Shown here: positions 35,646 through 46,031 of the stretch, one piece after another
Layout of the letters: the number at the start of each line of letters is the position of its first letter
Position numbering within the stretch: the stretch's first letter is position 1
NCBI GenBank assembly: GCA_047495785.1
Contig: JBLDXI010000036.1
Coordinates: 1,054,001 to 1,118,000 of the forward strand
Reading direction: 5' to 3'
Length of the DNA stretch: 64,000 nucleotides
Origin: Lepidodermella squamata
Lineage: Eukaryota > Animalia > Gastrotricha
Notes under the pieces: generated by a model
The model's input: the letters and a program-made list of their open reading frames with translations, nothing else
What the model was told of the DNA's origin: nothing
The model's database searches: none
Made by a program: the position numbers and the translations under genes

Positions 35646-36928
35646 TTTGATTATATTGAGCCCTCTTGATTTACTACTGATTTAGAGTATTCATAACCTC
35701 GAAATTCCCCTTGTTACTAAACATGAGCGCTCACATTTGCCACGAAAACACCTGTTTTCCACTGTCTAGAGCTATTCCACAATTTTTAGACTTATTCTAC
35801 CAAAAGCCACCTTAAAATGTGAAAGAATCCTTAGAAATGCACTGTAATACTGAAGTTTATCTTTGCGAAAGATTTGATTTGATTTGATCTAGACTGGTCT
35901 GACCAGTGTTCCGAATACGCGGGGGAAGAGGAGAAAACGATTGCTTAGTCAACCTATGCTCACTCATTATTGCACGTTATTGCGTGTTTTATGCCCAAAA
36001 AGGACCCAAATCTAAAATCCCGAATCGCTTGTTTCGTCTTAACTATGCATTATGCATGGTATCAGGCTGCAAAGTTTGTTATTGTATAATCTGGTGCAAT
36101 CTATTAACAAGCAATACTTATATGCTTACAATTATATTCAAATAAAATGCTTTTTGGTGGTGGAAAGTGTTTGATTTCCATACAGATCAATGAATTAGTT
36201 GAAGAATTTGTTCAGTATTTCATCTAATGACGTAAGAATTAGTGAGTTCTCCTCAACGATTGTTAGACGTTTACGTCGAGCAGATAAATTTTAAGTTTGA
36301 ACAAAGGTAGACCCATGTCATTCAAGCTAAAAAATTGTCAAATAAGGAATGACCAATGGAATAAAGCTCGGGTATAGTGTGCAGTGTATTGTGTATTGAA
36401 AAAATCCTCCAATCCACCCTAATTACGGCTGATGGACTAGCAAACGGTTTATTCACAACGGCCGAAGGTGTGGACGCGGCGCCTCTTCAAGGTCGTGAAA
36501 TCTGCTGAGGGTGCATTGGGCTATGAGAACTAGATAAAAAGATCTCCTATAAATTATGCCGATTTTCTATGATGAGCAAGGAATTTAGTTTCTAAACTGG
36601 AAGCGATGATAATTCGAGCGAAAGCATTTATTTAATAACTACTGGACATTTTTTATGGCAGTAAAACCAGGATAGATTTATTATCATCTTCATAACAACT
36701 CATTGTCTTCATAACAAAAAATGTTGTTGCCGCTATATGCTACCGCTATATCGATGTTGCTTATTTGCATAGTGTTATGCCGTTGATCACAAGGTAGCGA
36801 TGATCACGCGAAAAAACATCGACAGCTGTTATCGTTCGCTCACCCATTCACTGGGCTCGTAGTAGTATCCTGTCTTTTCTTCACTTTTCAATTTCATATT
36901 CCCTTCGAGCATCTACATAACTATAACT

Positions 36929-37344
36929 ATGGATAAAACATTAGTTTTCTTGATCGCAGTCTTATGCTGCCTGGCTGTTGTAGCATGTAAACCTACTACG
37001 ACATCTCATTTGCCACCAAGTAAGCTCATCGGCCATACTAATTCGTAACACTCATTCTTCACCTATTTATTCCACCGTGGCTGTTGGGGGCATAGAGTCG
37101 AATGGTAAGTGTACTTCGCATGCCTATCACTCTTTCCCCACTCAAAATATGCCATCTTAGGTGATGGAGCCGCCGCGCAATCTGGCAATAAGCAAGCGAC
37201 CCATCAAACAAACGCGAAAGGCCTACGTCTCACATGCCGCGTTGGTAGAGTAAGTATATCACCTCAATGCCTATTTAGCATTCCAACTACATTTTTCCAT
37301 TATAGCGGTCTAAAAAGTATTCCTGCAAAATGAGAAAACATTAA
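36929..37344 (+). CDS. Secreted peptide precursor, family copy B2, with cationic two-Cys C-terminus
   Basis: Exons 36929-37019, (37063-37104, acceptor reads AC), 37161-37249, 37306-37344. Ends GLRLTCRVGRRSKKYSCKMRKH; frame supported by synonymous differences versus B1. Confidence 0.7.
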
Positions 37345-38287
37345 GTCGGCCAGAAATTAGATGAGGATGATAGATTGGCAAAACTTCAAGATAACTCGAA
37401 ATGTAATTCATGTTCATGACATCACCCTGAATTACAAAATAACATTTTCCGTCCTACGTTGAGGATATTATTCTACAATTCATTTCTTCAAACAAAAGAG
37501 TTTTTGGTGGTGGAAAGAAAGCGTCATTGCTTTTCATGAATGTGTAGTCGCCGTAATTCAGCTCTTTGTATGCTACTTGATCGTATGCTCAAGAAAATGA
37601 ACATTTATCCTGCTGTTACGTCAATTTTGAGAGGTTTTGGGGCGTGTTTCAGTTGAAAATCTTCACAATTTCCTCGATTCACTCGTTTTTTGGTCTCTAG
37701 TCACTTTTGAAAATACAGCAAACGATTTTTCCCATCTCCAGGATCCAAGATCGCACCCTGATAGGATCCAATCATTGGTCCGTCAAGGTCGACTGAACTC
37801 ACTGCTGAATTTAAAATTTACATTGGACATGGCTTTTGAGGATATTTAGTTTAATTTTGTTCTGAATCAAAGCGTGCTCAAGTCAGGTCAAAGGCACTTC
37901 ATGCAGCGCCGTGCAGTGCTCGGATTAAGCTGAGCCGCATCTCATAGTCACGCGAAATGCGAAATTTCCAACTGATTCGCCAACTCCAGTTTTGCAAGGT
38001 ATAAATAAATTTAGATAAAACGCGGAAAAGTAGTTAGATGTCTATATAGCGATTCCGATTTTTTTCAAGTGAAGGATTGCTAGTGATTATATCATGGGTA
38101 GTTATCGCATATGACTGATTCTTAACTTAACGAATGAAGCGAAACACGAATGATTTATTTGTCCTTTCATCTTTTTCCAATAATGTCCCTTTCTTTCTAT
38201 CATTTTAAACAAAAATTATACTTGCCGCTACACGCTACCACCGATCAAGGGTTTTTATTTACTTGGAGTCTAGATGTCACATTGATC

Positions 38288-38306
38288 GACAGCTGATATC
38301 ATTCGC
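38288..38306 (+). promoter_or_regulatory. Conserved upstream motif GACAGCTGATATCATTCGC (E-box + GATA-like) of the secreted-protein family
   Basis: Variants at 2393, 8387, 30260, 34076, 36821, 38288; 102-113 bp upstream of the ATG in the five copies without an intervening insertion. Confidence 0.55.
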
Positions 38307-38400
38307 TCACCCGTACTCTGGTCCCGTAGCATTAGCAGTGCCATTTCATTATTTTATTTTTTATTCTTCACTTTGAGTATCAAACTTCTAAACTGCTATC

Positions 38401-38676
38401 ATGCGGACTAAAGTTATTCCTCTGGTCGCAGTGTTATTCTGCCTCGCTGTTGTGGCAAGTTGTTTCGATTACGACGATGGACCCGATTCCGCGGCACCGC
38501 CGAGTAAGTGATACCGCAATGACTATCAATTGATTTTATTTCTTGAATTTTACACCATCATAGATGCTGCTTCAAACTCAACTAAAAATCCACTCAAGCC
38601 GGACACCCTTGAAAAACTTATTCACAAAGTCGTACCAAATATCACGAGTATAATGAAAAAGTTCCGAATTTTCTAG
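38401..38676 (+). CDS. Secreted peptide precursor, family copy D (acidic pro-segment, basic amphipathic C-terminus)
   Basis: Exons 38401-38503 and 38564-38676; MRTKVIPLVAVLFCLAVVASCFDYDDGPDSAAPP-NAASNSTKNPLKPDTLEKLIHKVVPNITSIMKKFRIF. Confidence 0.7.
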
Positions 38677-38733
38677 CGGTAGTAGGAGCATTTCGGTAGC
38701 AGGTCGGTCTTCGTACTCTGTGTTGAAGTTTAA

Positions 38734-41700
38734 CCCTCTAAGTCCGACTATGGGTTTTCGTCAATTGCAACTTCTCGGCGTAGGTGTGGATTGCTTATTA
38801 ATTTTCGGCATAAAATTTTTATACCACGGTTGAGCCCCTTACCTGAGCTTGCAGCACCCAGGCGGGCGCGTCCGCAACGTGCGATTACGCAACACAGTAA
38901 TTAGGTAAATGTCCCTCGACTCTTAAACTCGTCGAAACACATGTGCCATTATGTGTGCACACATGATGAGGGGCAATTTTTTGTCGCTCTGATTGCCATT
39001 CGAACACACGAACGTGTTTTGGAAACCAATTAACATGCGAAAACACATACGATCTTTTAATCACTGTTTTCGAGGCCCTAAATTGAGTTGCGCAGCTGTG
39101 CTTATAAAAATGTTGTCAGCAACATCTGGTGCTTACGCACTCTAGTGGCAGCCATTTTTCACTTGACAAAAAGTTATCAAGTGATTTTGGCGTACCAATT
39201 CCGATAAATTTGATTGCCGCCGATTCGATATCGATTTTCATCGGCTAAAAGCGCGTAGTTAGGGTGCGCGCCGGTAATGCTAGCCGGTTTGTCAAGGTGC
39301 CACTGATTTATCAACTAATCCTGGCCGAAAAATCGAGGTTTTGTCAACTTGCATCAAAATTTTCAGAGTTTTGTTACAAGTCGAAACACAAGTATGATGT
39401 AACAGGACTTTTCAAGGTGTTTGTTGCAAAACAATGGGTTCGCATGGCATTGCGAAACATGAGAAGACAGCCATATAAAAGACCTGCAATAATCTATTTT
39501 ATGGTTCCCCAAAATTGTTAACTTCGTTATCAAATGTCACTTGAAGACGACAGTAGCAGTGAAGAGGACCTGGTGGAGATCGGCGAAACCTCGTCGGAAT
39601 TGTCGTCTAACGATGAAGAGCTTGGCGTCACGCTCGACTCCGTCGTGCCGAAGACGAAATGGCGGAAAATGAACGAGGAGAGACCGTCTCACCAAGTTGA
39701 AAAATGCGCGTTGGTCAGCGGTCCATCGGAACTTTTCATCAAGAACCTCGTCGCAATGGAGCAAGGTAATTAATATTTATCAAATTTGTTGTACCGCTCA
39801 CAATTTTTTTGTAGCCATGGAAAAAAACCGCAAAAAACTTGGCGGGAAATCGCGCTCTGATAGCAATGCCGGCCCGGACGGGGGCGAAGAGAATGGTACC
39901 GAGGAGCAAGTTGTTGAAGAACCGAGCGAGGCAGGAAACGTCGTCGAAGAAGTCCAAGAAGCGCATGAGGAGGCCGAAGAAGAATTCCAAGATCTTGACG
40001 AAGAAGCCGATGATGAAGCGGAAGAAGACGAACAGCAATCATCAGTTTATTCTGACGGCGACTCAAGCGAATCAGAGAGCCGATACAAGTTGGTCAAGAG
40101 AAGAAGTCATCGGAAAGTGCTTCCTTTCTTCCTCCTCATGTTCCCGATCGTCAGCTTGCTGGTCGCTGAAACGAATAGGTACGCGGCACAGAACTACGAT
40201 CCATCGAAGCCGCAATTCATCAACGTCACCGAGGAGGAGTTCTTCGGGTTTCTGGCGTGCGTCATTGGGATGGGTCTTGTCAACTTGCCGGCGCTTCATC
40301 AGTACTGGCAATCTTCGGATGCTTTGTTCTTTCAGCCGACGATTGCGAACATCATGAGTCGAGATCGGTTCAGAGAAATTCTGACTCACCTACACGCTGC
40401 CGACAACTCCAAAGCCTTGCCTCGAACAGACCCGAAATTCGACAAGATTTTCAAGGTCCGAGAAATGCTACAACAGCTGCAGGACAGCTGGCAAGCTAAT
40501 TTCACGATAGGACCCGATGTAAATTGTTGTCTTTTTGTCTTTTTGCTCATCTTTATTGTCCTATTCTTGACAGATTGCTGTGGACGAGCAAATGATCGCC
40601 TTCAAAGGGCGCACCAGCCTCAAACAATTTATGCCAATGAAACCCGTCAAGCGAGGTCTAAAGATTTTCGCCCTGGCGCTATCACCTATCGGTTATATCT
40701 TTCGAGCACTGCTGTACAGCGGGAAAGGAGATGAAAGTACGTGATTTTTTTGTTTTGTTCTCTTGTCTACCCTCAATTTTCAAATAGCTGGCTCGGACGT
40801 TGCTGCTCAAGCAGGTCTCGCTGAGCGGATCGTTTTCAAGCTCTCAACTTCAATCTGGGGCTGCTGGCGCATTATCTTTATGGACAATTGGTTTTCTTCA
40901 GTTTCGCTCTACAACCGCCTTTTTGCTGAGAAAACTTACGCAGCCGGCACCGTTATCGCCAATCGAACAGGTCTGGATCCGGCCGTTCCGATCAAACCCG
41001 CGTCAAAGCTACCGCGTGGAAGTTCGCAGTTCAAAGTTCAAGCTGACTTGCTTTATCAGTCGTGGCAAGACTCGAAAGTCGTCAACTTTCTCTCAACTCG
41101 ACATTGCGGCACTGGTAACGACACGGTAAAGCGCAAGCAGAAAAACGGCAAGGTCGCTGAGTACTCTTGTCCCCCCGTTGTCGCTGACTATCAGAAGAAC
41201 ATGCGCGGCGTAGATGTCGCCGATCGCCTCCGCGAGTCGTACGATTGCACTTTGCCCGGGCGCAAGTGGCACCGCCTCGTGATTTTCTATGGCATCGAAA
41301 CAGCAATCAACAACGCCCTGTTGGCTTTCAAGTCCACGGAAGATGATCCCGACTATCCTAGCTTGCTATTCCGTCGTCGGCTATTCGACGAGTTGATACA
41401 AGCCTCTACCTCCGGCAATGTTACGCGCAAGGTCGGCAGAAAACGCAAGCTTTCTGAACAGCTCGACCCGCTGGTCCCGAGCGACAAATGGCGAGAAGGC
41501 GGCCATTTTCCTGCTCACAATGGCTTCTATGAGTCGGTCGACGCTCGCGGTTACAAACGCGCAAAGCCGCGCGTGTGCGTCTACTGCAAGGTGGCGCCTG
41601 GCTGCACACCGCACATGGCGTCCTGGCACTGCGCTCAATGCGACGTCGGTCTTTGCTGTGAAAATTTCGGGAAATATGGTCCTCATGCCGGGATCTGACA

Positions 41701-42045
41701 AAATTACCGGTCCAAAATGACTGAACTTTTCATCCAAAACCTAAAAAATTTGCGTGCGATTCGCATACATGTGTTTTCGAAAATTGCCAAATAAATAAAA
41801 AATTACGTGCTAAACCACATAGGTGTGTTCCCACAAATAAACATTTTTTACATCGTTTCGCTTGTGTTTCGACATGTAAAAACGACGTTTTTGGTCAAAA
41901 TGAAAAAAATTGGTGAAAATATTTTAAGACTTGTGTTAACACAAGCACTTTTAAAAGTTACAATAGTAACACACATTTTTGTCATTTTTTTGCAACTTTC
42001 CAAAACACCAAGCGACTTACACATACACCAGCCGGACTTAGAGGG
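38734..42045 (+). mobile_element. piggyBac transposon, apparently intact (3312 bp)
   Basis: TTAA TSDs (38730-38733, 42046-42049); TIR CCCTCTAAGTCCG; inserted in the 3' UTR of copy D. Confidence 0.95.
39534..41698 (+). CDS. piggyBac transposase (669 aa, three introns)
   Basis: Exons 39534-39765, 39815-40518, 40574-40736, 40788-41698 splice in frame; DDD motifs VDEQM, MDNWF, GVDVAD; C-terminal Cys-rich domain. Confidence 0.92.
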
Positions 42046-43096
42046 TTAATGTAATCTCTGTGCTAATCTATACTATATGCTTCAATTATTCAAATAAATG
42101 TGTTCTTTGGCGGTGGCAAGAAATCGAACGAGCAAGCAGTAAGCAATAGAATAAGACACTCTCTAAAACTAAGTCCTTAAAAGGTCGATAAAGTTCCTTC
42201 GGAAGGTGACTCGACAGATTACTTGCACGCTTCCAAAACAGGACCTTCGGATGAAATGGGTAGGAGCCCCTAAAATAACCACATGGGTGACGGGGGCGCT
42301 TTGATCATAAAGTCTGGGCCGAAAATTACCCCCCCCCCCTCCGCGCACTGCCATCCTATTTTCACGCTTTTTTGAGGGCTAAAGATTGAAGATGCAATAT
42401 ATCCCGAGCTGCTATTGGAACTCATTTCGGAAGAAATATCATTTTCAAAATTGCCACAGCTCAGTATTGGGACAATTTAAATCAAAGGGATTGTTAGGAT
42501 CTCAAAGGTAATGCTGATTATACATCTTACTCTCAGGCGTGCTGCTCTTTTCCTGTCTCACAACAGGCAGCAATTACATGTTGCTACCTCCCAGTATTTG
42601 TTTTCCTTGTATTTGTTGATACCTATCTGACCAAGTCGCTCCGGTTCCTTAGGGGTTGCCATCCGTCATCATCATCAACGTTGCTGGTTGTCAAAGCAAC
42701 GGAAGTTGTAGAAGCCTTTCTTGTCGTCGAAACCGCAGCAGCCGCAGCAGTTTTCCTTTTTTCCAAATTGCAGCTTCAGCCTTTAAATCATTTACTGCAT
42801 TTACTTAGGACTCCTGCGCATTTCAAGGTTTGTTTTGGCTGGACAGGTTTAATGACCTCGGAGATTTGGAAGAAGATGTTTTCCATGCAAATGTTACTTC
42901 TCATGTTCAGAAACAGAAGGAATTCCGAGAATTTGGAATAGTCTAAATCAACAGTAAATAAAGGGGGCTGGATCAAAATCAAATCAAACCACCGTAAGAA
43001 ATTTTAAATCAGATCATCAGTAAATCAAATCATAAAAAAATGGCCTAAATCAAATCGAATCAAATCAAAGTCTCTGAAGTCATCCCGAACACTGCT

Positions 43097-43863
43097 TCAC
43101 CCGAAGTAGTATTTTTTTGCGCCGCATTAAATTTTTTAATTTTTTTGTTAATTTTCCATTTTAATAATTTTTAATTAGTTTCTCCGTTTTTTCTGATAGT
43201 TTTACTGCTGAGCAACTTTTAAACGTCTCCCGAACAAAAAATGCCCGGGATACGTGGTGTTAGTGGAATAATTAAAATGGAAAATTAACAAAAAAATTAA
43301 AAAATTAAATGCGGCGCAAAAAAATGCTACTTCATGAGGATTCGAACCGTCGCTCATCAGATCACTCAAGTTCTGATGATGCATCGCAACCACTCGACCA
43401 TTCAACCCTCACAATCGCTAAATATTAAAAACCCATTATAAGGATAAGGGTGGCCAATTAGCCCCCATCATTGAGTTTTCTATGGGGTAATTTGGCCACA
43501 ATCACCTAGCCATACCTATGCATCGCCTGGGGTCGCGGTTATTTTTGCTGTCATCTACGACGAAAATGGTCGAAGGAAAAGATTACATCTGAACATCAAA
43601 CCTCATGATTGGCTCCAGGTAATTCAATTTAGAGGGGTCATTTTTACCTCCCTAAACTCACCTCTGTGCAACAACATGCTTTGACCTCATTTCGGGACAT
43701 ACCTGGCTGGAAATTTGCAGCCCTGTAGGAGGGTTGTTGATAATCGTCCCCGTAAATTTTTGTAAAGTTTTACCATGTAGTTTTTGAGCTATAGATAAAA
43801 ATGTGAAAACCTCAATTTTTGGCCAATTAGCCCCAAAGGTTCATTTTGCCCCAAATGACGGTA
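43097..43863. mobile_element. Second copy of the 3586-5118 repeat family
   Basis: Colinear similarity with 3.7-4.26 kb and 4.95-5.12 kb, same terminus. Confidence 0.65.
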
Positions 43864-44074
43864 GTTACTCTGGTTTTAATTTAACATTCAACGAAGTAGG
43901 ACCGCGGATCTGGTGGGGATCACAATAATCTACATGAGGGTCTTTGAATGAGCTCACCGTACGGACCGATGGAACTGGTAGGGACGATCAATAACATCCC
44001 TAGCGGTATTTCGCTCTCCGACATACGCGAAATACATACGCTCATTTCGAGAATAAATGATCACCAGATTACCA

Positions 44075-44960
44075 GAATGTCATTCTTCCAGATCAAGGAA
44101 GAATTGAAGAATTAGTATTATTTACTGAAATTTTCACCTGGAAAACGAGGACAAACTTATGCTCTGGTAATAATTCGTTTTTAGGCGCGCCTTTCATTGC
44201 GATAAGAACACCGACATATGCTAGAATATTTAGTTGATGCTTGGCATCTATGAATTGCTTGTATCCAGATGCACTCCACACTCATGCTGGTCATTTTGAC
44301 ACGACGACGCACCTCGTCCCAATTTTGTATTACGATTTAAGATACCACTTCATTTTCGCACAGCGAAATGTTCATCTAAACCGCACAAGCAGGTGTGAGG
44401 TGTGGTACAAGCCAGCTCTCCAAACCGAGCTGGGGGTCTACAACAGACTGATTTTCAGAGTCCGGTTTAGGCATGAAAGAAATTTATTTGATGGGGAATT
44501 TGAAGTTTTTTATTTTTACAATATTTCGTCCTTTTATTCGACTTGTTTAATCTGCGTTTAATCTCGGGACAAGGTCTCGACTATAGAAATATATCAACAA
44601 CGCTATAAGGCTAGTTAGTCGTTTTCATCATCCTATTCACAAACCTCTCGCAAAAGCAAGACGCAAACTGAGAATTTTTCATTTGTCGCTGAAGGAAATA
44701 GTACCAGCAATGTCAATTTTCAGATCAAGAAAAAATGGAAAAAAAATTAATATCTTCAACTACGATAACCAGGAAAACGAGGACAAACGTATGTTCCTGT
44801 AATATATAATTTGTAGGCGCGCCTAACCTTGCGATAACAACAGTGACATATGCTAGGTTATTTAGACGTGGTACATGGCACTTGCTTGTATGTTCATCCT
44901 CCTTACTTGTGGCCATCTTGACTCGGCTGCACCTCGTCCCGACATCCCATATTTCTGCTA
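44075..44960. repeat. Diverged direct duplication (~44075-44330 and ~44708-44960)
   Basis: Shared CCAG..AATGTCA..CAGATCAAG, GGAAAACGAGGACAAAC, TAGGCGCGCCT, GACATATGCTAG, GCACCTCGTCCC. Confidence 0.7.
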
Positions 44961-45445
44961 CGAATCACAGATATTAACAGTTTATTAGGCTTCTAAATGA
45001 TTGCCACTCGGCGCCAAATTTAAGGTCCCACTTCATCATTGTGCAGCAAAAGCGGAAAAAACACCGGACTACTTGGGCTGGCTCGATCAGTGGAGTTTAG
45101 ACTTAACATCTTAATATTATGGTCTTAATCGAACTCCCTGAACCGGTTGTCTAAACTGGAGGTATTTTGGGTTCAGGCATGGAGAGGTCTGTATATATAA
45201 TAGCCGCCGGGAAATTTGAAATTTAGCCTTCGTCGAGCACGTAGCGGGCCAATCAGAGTGTGCGTGTGGAGGAAACCTAGGCGGGCCTGAAAATGAGCCA
45301 AGTTAAGTCAGAGAGCGAAGTAGAGATGGTAGGGATAGTAGGTCCCTACCAATTCAATCGGTCCGCAAGGTAAACTCAGTCAAAGACCAAAGGGGCGACC
45401 CTTATGTCGGTTTTCCTTATCCAAACGTGTTCGGCCGTCTTACTA

Positions 45446-45531
45446 CCCTAACCCTAACCCTATCTCCAGCCTAACCCTAGGCTAACCCTAACCCTAACCT
45501 TAACCCTAACCCTAACCCTAACCCTAACCCT
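45446..45531. repeat. Interstitial telomeric-type repeat (CCCTAA)n
   Basis: ~14 partly degenerate CCCTAA units, bracketed by a 25-bp direct repeat at 45397 and 45601. Confidence 0.85.
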
Positions 45532-46031
45532 TTAAATAACGAATAAAAGGGTTAGGTATTGAATTAAATGAAATTTGGTACCGGCGTGAGATTTTCCCGG
45601 GACCCTTATGTCGTTTTTCCTTATCAGTTCGGCTATCAGTTTCTGAAGCTATTTTTTTCTAGTAATGTTTTAGTGCGACACGTGTAAAAACGGACATCGC
45701 CTTTTTCAAGCGAACAATTGATGTGCTGGCGCCTCGGGTTCAATTATCCACAAACGCCACATTTTCAAAGCTCGGGTTTATTCATTTAATTTTCGTTCAT
45801 TCTTTCCGAGATTTAAAAACCGATTCGCAATGTTCGAGCTCATTTGCTAAGTGCCACAGGCGTTTAATCATGGCACAATTTTGCGCTTATCGCCGTGTTT
45901 CAGCCCTACTTTCTCATCATGTTCATGATAAGACTTTGTTGATCGCAATTCCTGATGACTTCTTATCATAATTTTGACATATGCCGCATGGTGTTATTTC
46001 ATTTTTACAAAACATTTTAATAGATAAAAAC

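Noticed and set aside
45446-45531. True telomere
   Set aside because: Short, degenerate and internal to gene-containing DNA
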